64,000 bases of DNA from Mustelus asterias (lineage: Eukaryota). Each line of letters starts with the position of its first letter. The stretch's first letter is position 1. The stretch spans positions 4,898,001 through 4,962,000 of the forward strand of contig NW_027590117.1 of NCBI RefSeq assembly GCF_964213995.1, given 5' to 3'. The notes below the pieces were generated by a model, which was not told where the DNA came from, ran no database searches, and saw only the letters and a program-made list of their open reading frames with translations. A program made the position numbers and the translations under genes. Shown here piece by piece: positions 1 through 10,480 of the stretch.

Positions 1-319
1 AGTCCTAAATGAGCTGTATCCTTTGGTTCCAAACACACCAGCCAGGGAAAGCATACTTCCTGCTTCTACCCTATTGAGCCCTGTAAGATTGTTGTATGCT
101 TGAATGTCAGCAACTCTCATTCTTTTAAATGCCAGAAAATAAACACCTGGTGTTTCTCGTTTTTACTCATCCAACAATCCCTCCAACCAAGAAATTCATT
201 TCGTAAACCTTCATTCCACTCCCTTTATGGCAATCATATCTTTCTTTTGGTAAGGAGAACAATACTGCACACAATAGTCTAGCTGCTGTCTCAGCAAGAC
301 TATATAATTATGGAATACT

Positions 320-1339
320 CTGCATTTCTGAATGGAGGGCTGTGACAAGTGGTGTTCCTTAGGGATCAGTGCTGGGACCTTTGCTGCTTGTAATATATAT
401 AAATGAGTTGGAGGAAAATGTAACTGGATTGATTAGTAAGTTTGCGGATGCCACAAAGGTTGGTGGATTTGCGGATAGCGATGAGGACCATCAGATGGAG
501 ACTTGGGCAGAGAGATGGCAGATGGTGTTTAATCCGGACAAATGTGAGGTAATGCATTTTGGAAGGTCTAATACAGATAGGAAATATACTGTAAATGGCA
601 GAACCCTTAGGAGTATTGATAGGCAAAGGGATCTGGGTGTACAGGTAAACAGGTCACTGAAAGTGGCAATGTAGGTGGAGAAAGTAGTCAAGAAGGCATA
701 CGGCATGCCTGCCTTCATCGGCCGGGGTATTGAGTTTAAAAATTGACAAGTCATGCTGACGCTTTATAGAACCTTAGTGAGGCCACACTTGGAATATAGT
801 GTTCAATTCTGGTCGCCACACTACCAGAAGGATGTGGAGGCTTTGGAGAGGGCACAGAAAAGATTTACCCGGATGTTGCCCGGAATGGAGGGCATTAGCT
901 ATGAGGAGAGGTTGGAGAAACTTGGTTTGTTCTCACTGGAGCGACGAAGGTTGAGGGTAGACCTGATAGAAGTCTACAAGATTATGAGAGGCATGGACAG
1001 AGTGGATAGTCAGAAGCTTTTTCCAAGGGTGGAAGAGTCAATTACTAGGGGGCATAGGTTTATGGTGCGAGGGGCAAGTTTTAAGAGATATACGAGGCAT
1101 ATTTTATACACAGAGAGTGGTGGGTGCCTGGAACTCGTTGCCGGGGGAGATAGTGGAAGCAGATACGGTAGTGACTTTTGAAGGGCGTTTTGACAAGTAC
1201 ATGAATGAGATGGGAATCGAGGGATATGGTCCCCGGAAGCGTAGGGGGTTTTAGTTAAGTCGGGCAGCATGGCTGGTGCAGGCTTGGAGGGCCGAAGGGC
1301 CTGTTCCTGTGCTGTAATTTTCTTTGTTCTTTGTTCTTA
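320..1339 (+). mobile_element. CR1-clade LINE, 3' part (degenerate RT C-terminus, 3' UTR, GTTCTTT tail)
   Basis: ORF fragments 369-674 and 753-1181 carry CR1 RT motifs (GPLLLVIYINE, SKFADATK, LVRPHLEYSVQFWSP). Ends in the GGCCGAAGGGCC stem and a (GTTCTTT)n tail. Confidence 0.85.
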
Positions 1340-1950
1340 GTGCAGTAAAACATCTTTACCCCGTATTCAAAACATCTTGCAATAAAGGCTTACATTCCAT
1401 TTTCCTTCTTAATTGCTTGTTCTAGCTGCAGATTAGTTTTCTGTGACTCATGAACAGGAACAGTCAAGTGCTTTTGAATTTCAACACTTTCAAGCCCCTC
1501 ATCATTTCAGGAATACTCTGCACATTGCATTCCATCTGCAAAATTGTTGCCCACTCTCTTAGCCACTTCAAATCCCCTTGAGGAGTTTTTGCCTCCTCTT
1601 CACAACTCACACTTCCAGCTTATTTTGTGCATTCTCCAAAGATTGATATAGATTGTGAATGTTGGGGCCCAAGCACTGATCCTTGTTGTACCCTACTTGT
1701 CATTGTCTGCTAACTTGATATGACCTATTTATATCTATCCTCTGTTTTCTGTCCTTTAACCAGTTCTCAATCCAGGGCAGTATTCACCATGTGTTCTGAT
1801 TGTGTTTATTAACCTCTTGTGTGGAAACTTATCAAAGGATTTCTGAAAATGTAAATATACCACAACAGCTGGTTACTCCTGATCTATTCAGTTAGTTGCA
1901 TCCTCAGATCTCCAACAGGTTTGCTGAACCTGATTTCACTTTCATCAGAC
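1340..1950 (-). mobile_element. old degenerate CR1-like LINE fragment
   Basis: Antisense remnants of RT motifs, e.g. ggggcccaagcactgatccttg (QGSVLGP) near 1664-1685. Confidence 0.5.
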
Positions 1951-3503
1951 CATCAGGAACTGTTAAAAATAGAAACATAGAAGATACAAGCAAGAATAGG
2001 TCATTTGGCCCTTGGAGCCTGCTCCAACATTCGTTTTGATTGTGGCTGATCATCAAGATCAATATCCTGTTCCCGCCTTCCCCCCATATCCCTTGATCCC
2101 TTGAGTCCAAAGAGCTATCTCAAATTTACTCCACAGATTGACCAAGATCTGGGTGAAGAAATTTCTCCTCCCCTTTCTCCTCACCTCAGGTCATGTTTCC
2201 TGGATTTGTTGTCACCTAACATAGAAGCAAAGAAACTAGAGGTAGGAAACAGAATACTGTATTTGCAATCAGCAAATTGACAAGAACAGCATAAAACACT
2301 GCTACTCATAAAATACAGCAGCTACAGAGTACAACCCACATCTTCCTCACACTGACAGGAAAAATAATACTCACATTGCAACAATTAACAGATTCTGCGT
2401 AAAGACACGCAGACCTACCACACACCGACAGCAGGACCTACTTGAAATCCTTCCAGGCCAGAAACAGAGAGGGACAGAATAAAGCCCGTTGTAATAAAGC
2501 AGAAAATGACTGGCACAGACTGAAATCCATATTTATGTTTCAGGAACTTATAAACAATCCACACATCGCTAGCAGAGTGTACTAGATGTTGAATAAAGAA
2601 CATGCATAAGTTAATAGTCACGGTAGGCAGGATGGTGTCTCATCTCTATTTAGTGCATTAGCGACTAAGTGACGTTTCATAGAATCCATACAGTACAGAA
2701 GGAGGCCATTCGGCCCATCGAGCCTGCACTGACCACAGTCCCACCCAGGCCCTTTCCCCGGAACCCTATGTATTTATCCTTCAATCCCATGACGCTAAGG
2801 GGCAAATGTTGATTCGTTGGTTAGTGTTGACTTTAATTTGTTACAGTACAAGTTGTGAACCTTTGTCATGTGACCCTTTCAGATGGTCACTGGGCAATAT
2901 CAACCTCAATGGGAACTGTAACATCACACATAACTGCGACCTTGAGAATTAGTGGTAGAGACACACTCCAAATAATAGAACAGCATGTTTGGGAAAATAC
3001 CAACACACTTATACCAAAGACTGTTATGCATAGATTAAAAACTTACTCACATGGCAGAAATTAAAGTGTGCAGTGAAATAACACAAACAAATCCAAAACT
3101 GAGAAGCGCAGCTAGAAAAAAATCGCAAGATTTTCCATTTCAGAAACCAACAGGTGCTAAATGAAATAGAGAATAACATCCCAGATCCAACATACTGTAA
3201 AGCCCACACTCTCTTAAATACTGAATGTTATAGAGAAAATAAAACACACGGACATATATCAGAGATTGCATTTTCTGAATTAAATCTTAACATCACCGAC
3301 CACTGACAGAGATCGAAGCAACATAGAAATATCAGATACAAATCGACACAGCATGAAACCCACTCAGACATGGCTGACAGACAAGCAGTTTGAAATAGAA
3401 TGTGTGTATCCTGTTGTGGAATCGCTCTCGCATTGTTCCATAACTGGTACCAAATAGATTCTGTTTGATCCCTCAATGTCATCCCCCCAGCACTCTAATA
3501 GTT

Positions 3504-3814
3504 TTTTTTATACTTTTCCAATTCAATCAAATCAAATCCAATTCAGAGTCTCAACAAGTTGAGACATTTCAGATCCAGGCTGACAAGACAGGGCGAGCGA
3601 CCAAACCACCCTGTCCTGGGCCTGATCTACATGAGCCAAGCTGATTGGAGGAGGGGGAGGTTCCTCCGCCAAGACTTGAGCTCATTTGCATCTTAGCCAA
3701 AAGGCCGAGATGCCGCTTTTAAAAATTGCTTCATATGAAACATAATGACCTCGACCAAGTGCGGCCGACCATGGGCTGCCGACCATACTACACTTGATCT
3801 TAGCCAAAAGGCCG
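3504..3814 (-). mobile_element. U2 snRNA-headed short retroposon (SINEU-like, or a Keno/Utopia-derived non-autonomous element)
   Basis: Minus strand starts with U2 nt 9-39 (TCGGCCTTTTGGCTAAGATCAAGTGTAGTAT, 3815-3785) and has a second U2 nt 7-27 copy (3710-3690). It ends in an A8 tail (3509-3502) and is flanked by the direct repeat AATAGTT (3497-3503 and 3815-3821). Confidence 0.75.
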
Positions 3815-4289
3815 AATAGTTGCTTTGAACAGTAAATCACCCTCCGGGATTGTTTGACTAATCGTCCCTGAACACCTTGCAGCCAGTGATGTCCAACTCT
3901 CATTCCAGTCCTTCTTTCAGTCACTTTTCTGTTTTAGCCACAATGTTAGTGTCACATGTGGGACTTGTGGCTGCTGCTTATCAAACATATTCCCTTTTAA
4001 CACGCACAGCAGAGCTCGCATTAACCCCTGTCTGAGCCCAGATATTCTGCACTGCCAGCTCCCGGTGATGGGCGGAAGTAAAGCAGAGCAGTTGGTGCTG
4101 GTGAGGAAGGGGAAATGTATGAACAGTATCAGCAGTCTGATAGAGTGATGTGGGATTAGCAGCAGAGAGAATGTGCGGGAGAGGGAGTGAGAGGGTCAGG
4201 GGGTTGGGTGGATCGGGGCGGACAAGGGGAAAGGACGGATTGACAACAGACAGTTTGTGGATTTGAGCAGCAACCAATGTGTTTGGGTG

Positions 4290-4403
4290 TCTAAACTAAC
4301 CAATCAGAGACAGCATCACGAATTGACATCACTGTGAATGAGCCAATGAGGAACAGGGCTTTCAGCCATGCTTCATTAGCATAGGCCTCTGCTTTGGTCT
4401 ATA
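4290..4403 (+). promoter_or_regulatory. H2B promoter (CCAAT boxes, octamer-like ATTAGCAT, 5' half of TATA) detached from its gene
   Basis: Inverted paralog of the intact H2B promoter at ~57955-58070. CCAAT at ~4300 and ~4343, ATTAGCAT at 4375-4382, and GGTCTATA broken at 4403. Confidence 0.8.
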
Positions 4404-4466
4404 GACAGTAAGAAGTTTAACAACACCAGGTTAAAGTCCAACAGGTTTATTTGGTAGCAAAAGCCA

Positions 4467-4503
4467 CACAAGCTTTCGAGGCTCTGAGCCCCTTCTTCAG
4501 GTG
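4467..4503 (-). ncRNA. minimal type I hammerhead ribozyme in Penelope pseudo-LTR
   Basis: Minus strand reads CAC CTGAAGA A GGGGCTCAGAGCCTC GAAA GCTT GTG: CUGAnGA/GAAA core, stem II, palindromic stem III, 3-bp stem I CAC/GTG. Confidence 0.7.
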
Positions 4504-4785
4504 AGTGGGAATTCTGTTCACAAACAGAACTTATAAGACACAGACTCAATTTACATGAATAATGGTTGGAATGCGAATACTTACAACTAATCCAGTCTTT
4601 AAGAAACAAAACAATGGGAGTGGAGAGAGCATCAAGACAGGCTAAAAAGATGTGTATTGTCTCCAGACAAGACAGCCAGTGAAACTCTGCAGGTCCACGC
4701 AACTGTGGGAGTTACAAATAGTGTGACATAAATTCTGATTCTAGGATCGCATGATAAAGACTCAGGAGGAAAAAAGCAGAAATAT

Positions 4786-6093
4786 TTATGTGAAATAGTG
4801 TGACATAAACCCAATATCCCGGTTGAGGCCGTCCTTGTGTGTGCGGAACCTGGCTATCAGTTTCTGCTCAGCGACTCTGCGCTGTCGTGTGTCGCGAAGG
4901 CCGCCTTGGAGAACGCTTACCCGAATATCAGAGGCCGAATGCCCGTGACCGCTGAAGTGCTCCCCAACAGGAAGAGAACAGTCTTGCCTGGTGATTGTCG
5001 AGCGGTGTTCATTCATCCGTTGTCGCAGCGTCTGCATAGTTTCCCCAATGTACCATGCCTCGGGACATCCTTTCTTGCAGCGTATCAGGTAGACAACGTT
5101 GGCCGAGTTGCAAGAGTATGTACCGTGTACCTGGTGGATGGTGTTCTCACGTGAGATGATGGCATCTGTGTCGATGATCCGGCACGTCTTGCAGAGGTTG
5201 CTGTGGCAGGGTTGTGTGGTGTCTTGGTCACTGTTCTCCTGAAGGCTGGGTAGTTTGCTGCGGACAATGGTCTGTTTGAGGTTGTGCGGTTGTTTGAAGG
5301 CAAGAAGTGGGGGTGTGGGGATGGCCTTGGCGAGATGTTCGTCTTCATCAATGACATGTTGAAGGCTCCGGAGGAGATGCCGTAGCTTCTCCGCTCCGGG
5401 GAAGTACTGGACAACGAAGGGTACTCTGTCCACTGTGTCCCGTGTTTGTCTTCTGAGGAGGTCGGTGCGGTTTTTCGCTGTGGCGCATTGGAACTGTTGA
5501 TCAATGAGTCTAGCGCCATATCCTGTTCTTATGAGGGCATCTTTCAGCGTCTGGAGGTGTCTGTTGCGATCCTCCTCATCCGAGCAGATCCTGTGTATAC
5601 GGAGGGCTTGTCCGTAGGGGATGGCTTCTTTAACGTGTTTAGGGTGGAAGCTGGAGAAGTGGAGCATCGTGAGGTTATCCGTGGGCTTGCGGTACAGTGA
5701 GGTGCTGAGGTGACCGTCCTTAATGGAGATGCGCGTGTCCAAGAATGCAACCGATTCCGGAGAGTAGTCTATGGTGAGCCTGATGGTGGGATGGAACTTG
5801 TTGATGTCATCATAGAGTTGTTTCAGTGATTGTTCACCATGAGTCCAAAGGAAGAAAATGTCATCGATGTATCTAGTGTATAGCACCGGTTGAAGGTCCC
5901 GTGCGGTGAAGAAGTCTTGTTCGAACCTGTGCATGAAGATGTTGGCATATTGAGGTGCAAATTTGGTCCCCATGGCTGTTCCGTGTGTCTGGATGAAGAA
6001 CTGGTTGTTGAAGGTGAAGATATTGTGGTCCAGGATGAAGCGGATGAGATGTAAAATTGCATCTGGAAACTGGCAGTTGTTGGCGCTGAGCAC
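4786..6093 (-). CDS. Penelope RT C-terminal half plus GIY-YIG endonuclease (truncated element ORF)
   Basis: GTAMG, RYIDDIF, YRKPT, Cys linker PCHSNLCKTC, NVVYLIRC...YIGET...RMNEH, GLN motif. Open for 435 codons. Confidence 0.88.
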   Translation of the reverse strand: MLSANNCQFPDAILHLIRFILDHNIFTFNNQFFIQTHGTAMGTKFAPQYANIFMHRFEQDFFTARDLQPVLYTRYIDDIFFLWTHGEQSLKQLYDDINKFHPTIRLTIDYSPESVAFLDTRISIKDGHLSTSLYRKPTDNLTMLHFSSFHPKHVKEAIPYGQALRIHRICSDEEDRNRHLQTLKDALIRTGYGARLIDQQFQCATAKNRTDLLRRQTRDTVDRVPFVVQYFPGAEKLRHLLRSLQHVIDEDEHLAKAIPTPPLLAFKQPHNLKQTIVRSKLPSLQENSDQDTTQPCHSNLCKTCRIIDTDAIISRENTIHQVHGTYSCNSANVVYLIRCKKGCPEAWYIGETMQTLRQRMNEHRSTITRQDCSLPVGEHFSGHGHSASDIRVSVLQGGLRDTRQRRVAEQKLIARFRTHKDGLNRDIGFMSHYFT

Positions 6094-6100
6094 TGAGGTC

Positions 6101-6440
6101 TATAGAAACATAGAAACCCTACAGTGCAGAAGGAGGCCATTCGGCCCATCGAGTCTGCACCGACCACAATCCCACCCAGGCCCTACCCCCACATATTTAC
6201 CCGCTAATCCCTCTAACCTATGCATCCCAGGACTCTAAGGGGCAATTTTTAACCTGGCCAATCAACCTAACCCGCACATCTTTGGACTGTGGGAGGAAAC
6301 CGGAGCACCCGGAGGAAACCCACGCAGACACGAGGAGAATGTGCAAACTCCACACAGACAGTGACCCGAGCCGGGAATCGAACCCGGGACCCTGGAGCTG
6401 TGAAGCAGCAGTGCTAACCACTGTGCTACCGTGCCGCCCC
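6101..6440 (-). mobile_element. HE1-type tRNA-derived V-SINE, full length
   Basis: tRNA head GGGCGGCACGGTAGCACAGTGGTTAGC...GGTTCGATTCC, V-domain (GGAGTTTGCACATTCTCC...TCCCACAGTCCAAAGA), LINE-derived 3' end with (TTTCTATG)n tail. Confidence 0.9.
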
Positions 6441-6547
6441 GTGGATCATTGGGTCTGAGTAATATTTAAAATTAATTAACTGGTTCCTCACCCTCTCTGG
6501 GTTTAGATCTCAGAAGCGTTGATATTCGGTCCCTTTTCCAGGCTTTA
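6435..6547 (+). repeat. ~110-bp direct duplicate of 7156-7264 (H2B downstream sequence copied upstream of H2B)
   Basis: CGCCCCGTGGATCATTGGGTCTGAG...CCCTTTTCCAGGCTTTA occurs at both positions with about two small differences. Confidence 0.95.
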
Positions 6548-6602
6548 AAAGAGGAGTTCCGAGCGCGACTCAGTGATTCTGTGTCTGAAATTAACTGTGA
6601 CA

Positions 6603-6980
6603 ATGGTGGATGAGAAGAAAGCGCCGGTTGCCAAGAAGGGCGCTAAAAAAACGCAGAAAAAGCTGCCAGCAAAGGGCGGCAAGAAGAGGAAAAGATCCAG
6701 GAAGGAGAGTTACTCCATCTACGTCTACAAAGTGATGAAGCAGGTTCACCCTGACACCGGCATCTCCTCCAAGGCCATGAGCATCATGAACTCGTTCGTG
6801 AACGATATTTTCGAGCGCATCGCGCGTGAGGCTTCCCGCCTGGCCCATTACAACAAGCGCAGCACCATCAGCTCCCGGGAGATCCAGACCGCCGTGCGCC
6901 TGCTGCTGCCCGGGGAACTGGCCAAGCACGCCGTGTCGGAAGGGACAAAGGCGGTGACCAAGTACACCAGCTCCAAGTAA
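6603..6980 (+). CDS. H2B: histone H2B (MVDEKK N-terminus; G75R-equivalent substitution; possibly decaying)
   Basis: [26 protein letters not shown]...TKYTSSK; intronless; ATG at 6603; stem-loop downstream. Confidence 0.95.
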   Translation: MVDEKKAPVAKKGAKKTQKKLPAKGGKKRKRSRKESYSIYVYKVMKQVHPDTGISSKAMSIMNSFVNDIFERIAREASRLAHYNKRSTISSREIQTAVRLLLPGELAKHAVSEGTKAVTKYTSSK

Positions 6981-7016
6981 AACTCCCCAATGGACTGAAA
7001 AGCACCCAAACACAAC

Positions 7017-7032
7017 GGCTGTTTTAAGAGCC
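7017..7032 (+). promoter_or_regulatory. histone 3' stem-loop, mutated (GGCTGTTTTAAGAGCC)
   Basis: Canonical position after the H2B stop, followed by ACCCA and a purine-rich HDE. The C5>G change gives a G-G mismatch. Confidence 0.85.
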
Positions 7033-7296
7033 ACCCACAATCCCTGGGAAAAGGCTGTATCATCCATTTCGTTTCAATTATTATTTTACGACGCAGCGTC
7101 TCGAACAATGATAATTGTTGTTTTTCTGGTTATCAATGATAGACACGGAGTCAATCGCCCCGTGGATCATTGGGTCTGAGTAATATTTAAAATTAACTGG
7201 TTCCTCACCCTCTCTGGGTTTAGATCTCAGACGCGTTGATATTCGGTCCCTTTTCCAGGCTTTAGAGAGAGAGCGAGGTAATGGAGCAAATGTGTC

Positions 7297-7527
7297 AGAA
7301 TCATCGAATCCCTGCAGTACAGGGGGCCATTTGGCCCATCGAGTTTGCACCGACAACAATCCCTCACCCATCCTCGTAACCCTAAATATTTACCCTGTTA
7401 ATCCCCCTCATACTGGGGCAATTTAGCATAGCCAATCCACCCAACCCGCATACCTTTGGGCTGTGGGAAGAAAGCGGAGTGCCCGCAGGAAAACCACGCG
7501 GAATCGGGGGGAAAAAGTGCAAACTCC
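7297..7527 (-). mobile_element. older HE1-like SINE fragment
   Basis: Diverged match to the 3' two-thirds of the SINE at 6101-6440; absent from the paralogous right arm. Confidence 0.7.
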
Positions 7528-8241
7528 TCAGTTTCCAGTTTGGTCTCAATGACCGATCAGTTTATTCCCGATAAGCCCCGGTTGTGCAGGAACCCTCAGT
7601 CTCGATGAAGATGGAGAACAGCCCGTCCGTTTGCAGAACGATGTCAATGAAACTTTCTGGCGGCTGGTTCGAGAGTTTGAAAAAGAAAGAGATTAACCCC
7701 GAATGTATCCCGCATTCGAAAAGCAAATCTGCAACTTGGGATAAAACGTGAAATTGTGCAAACACAGACTGATGTTTTAAAAACGTTGTTGATAGATAGT
7801 TAATTATTGATGGGATTTGTTATTAACCGTATTTCTTGTTTGAGAAATATATCTGCGAAGTTTCCAAATTTGAATAATTTATTTTCGGCTTGTTTTCAGA
7901 TAAACCCAGACTGAAAATCAGAGACTGCCAGATACAGGTTAACTATAGACTGGGGAAGAGAGAAAGGGAGATTCTTACATTACTCAAAATGAATTCACCA
8001 TTACCGATTAGAATAATTTCCGAAACTCTTGTTCTTTCCGCTTTGGCGGCTTTTACAGTTTGAAATGAAATCGGTTGGAATCTGAGATTTTGGCGCCGTT
8101 ATTTTCCGCCCTCACTCCGTGGGCTCTCCGGATTGGTGAGTTAAGCAGATTTCTGATTGGTCATATGAACAAGATGCTGAGAGGCAGCAACAAAGTGACC
8201 AATCAGCAATGTCCACACCTCCATTCCTCCCGGAGCTATAA

Positions 8242-8691
<450 letters not shown>

Positions 8692-8721
8692 AGCGGCCAT
8701 TCTTTAATCTGATAACCCAAA

Positions 8722-8737
8722 GGCTCTTTTCAGAGCC
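8722..8737 (+). promoter_or_regulatory. histone 3' stem-loop
   Basis: GGCTCTTTTCAGAGCC followed by HDE AAAAGAGTG at ~8753. Confidence 0.95.
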
Positions 8738-8859
8738 ACTCATTTTATCTGTAAAAGAGTGATCTGTTTAACCGTCAGAGACACTGCACTGCTATTCACA
8801 GTAGAGCTGTTTCTCGCTTTGCTTTATCAATCCGTAGTTCGCCCTGTGCACATTATTGA

Positions 8860-8939
8860 TGATGTGGAGATGCCGGCGTTGGACTGGGGTGAACACAGTA
8901 AGAAGTCTCACTTTAACCTGGTGTTGTGAGACTTCTTAC
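8860..8939. mobile_element. 80-bp Penelope pseudo-LTR-derived mini insertion
   Basis: Matches the Penelope terminus seen at 20434-20490. Internal inverted repeat GTAAGAAGTCTCAC/GTGAGACTTCTTAC. TSD CACATTATTGA at 8849-8859 and 8940-8950. Confidence 0.8.
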
Positions 8940-9126
8940 CACATTATTGACCCAGGTGTTTTAATGCATGTAAATTTATGCTATTTATTGGAGAACATTT
9001 TACATATGTTAGAAATATCATTTCCAGCACCATGTCTGAGGTAATTATTTAAATACAGGTACACAATTGCCCCAGAGTGAGAAACAGCATCAAAGATTGA
9101 TGGCTGAAAAACACCTCAAACTCAAC

Positions 9127-9142
9127 GGCTCTTTTAAGAGCC
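9127..9142 (+). pseudogene. orphan histone stem-loop with H2B-like 3' UTR and no upstream CDS
   Basis: GGCTCTTTTAAGAGCC preceded by TGGCTGAAAAACACCTCAAACTCAAC, resembling the H2B 3' UTR at 6991-7016. Confidence 0.75.
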
Positions 9143-10397
9143 AGCCACAATCTCTGAAAAATCTGCGCCATCTTTTCCCTTATTGAGTTAATGAGAAATC
9201 TCTTTCTGAAGGATAGAGATTTGTCCCGTTCCGGAATGCTGTGAATGGGACGTCATATCCGCCCCTCACACGCACACTCAGATTGAAGGAACAATCAAAC
9301 TGAACTGAGAGCAGATTTTAAACCCCAGTCTGGGATTTGTGACGGACAATGAGGCCCAGCACAATATCAGGATGTAATTATTTACATTTAATGATAACTA
9401 TATTCAGTTTCAGAATAAGGTTTTTTTTTTCACTCGAGTTATCTGGGCACCGCTCCCGGAACAGAATAAAGGCGGGAATGAAGAGGTTATTCTCGGGCTG
9501 ATCTGTTTATTCCGCAGTTTTCCCAGAGGACGGAATCAGCGAGATCTGTGCACACACAGGACCTGAGTTCATTGCAGCGCTTTAAGATCTGCCTCCCCCC
9601 GGCGCTCCCTATTCTCCGGGCACAAAGCTGCCTGTTCCACCGGCGGGATTGAGTCAGGAATTCTCTCCACACCTTCCATTGGAACATTCCCGACAGCTTT
9701 CAGGGGAGAGGATCAGAAATCAGCCGTTTCCCTCTGTCCCTGTGAAGCCTGTGTGAAGGGGTTGGTTGGTGATCTCTATGTTTCTGCTTTTCCACTGAGC
9801 TGAGATTTGCTCCGTTTTAAATTGCTGAACGGGGTCTGATTACCGCCGGTTACAGATAAGAGATTGAAAAGTTCAAACTGTTCCTAAAATAACGCCAAGA
9901 TTCTGTGAGGGAAAATACAATAAACAAATTATAAAGCGTGAGATTGAAATAGTTTCCTGAACATTCAGGCGTTCCGTTATTTTGTATTTTTCCTGCACTG
10001 AAATTGGCGGGTTATTCCAATTTGAAAATGTGAACCAAACAAAACCTCCCATTTCTTCTCCCTTGCTCTCCGATTGGTGAAGAATTGGATTGACATGGGA
10101 GTGTCCAATCAGAGCTCGAGTCTGGCTGCAGCCTCGCAAACCGCTCACAATGATTATTAATAGAGATTAAACTGACGGAATCTGTATTTGAGATATTAGA
10201 TGTACTTTGTTTCCACAGATAAATATTTGAAGAAACCAGATATTTCCTCCACAGGAGTTACAGGGAAGAATGTCCCAGCTTCTTCTCACAATTCCACAGT
10301 CTCCGAGAACAGAAATGATTCCAGAGGCACGTTTTTAATCCAGCAATCAAACAGCAGGAATGGCAGACGCTGTGTCCCTATCACGTCTAGTTTTCGT

Positions 10398-10480
10398 ACC
10401 AGGATGGCCGAGTGCTAAAGGCGTTGGACTTAAGATCCAACGGACATATGTCCGCGTGGGTTCGAACCCCACTCCTGGTA
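10398..10480 (+). tRNA. tRNA-Leu(TAA), near-canonical with altered D-loop
   Basis: ACCAGGATGGCCGAG...TTGGA CT TAA GA TCCAA, long variable arm, GGTTCGAACCC, ends CCTGGTA; T5 terminator at ~10487. Confidence 0.9.

Larger units (their letters stand above)
4406..6096 (-). mobile_element. Penelope-like element (Neptune-type), 5'-truncated
   Basis: RT plus GIY-YIG ORF; 3' pseudo-LTR with hammerhead motif; flanking direct repeat GGTCTATAGA at 4396-4405 and 6097-6106. Confidence 0.92.

Noticed and set aside
3785-3815. functional U2 snRNA gene
   Set aside because: Only nt 9-39 are present. There is no Sm site or 3' stem-loops, and the polyA tail plus TSD indicate retroposition.
6370-6440. tRNA gene at SINE heads (also ~33290, ~37100, ~46860, ~51920)
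   Set aside because: The A/B boxes belong to tRNA-derived SINEs; there is no complete cloverleaf.
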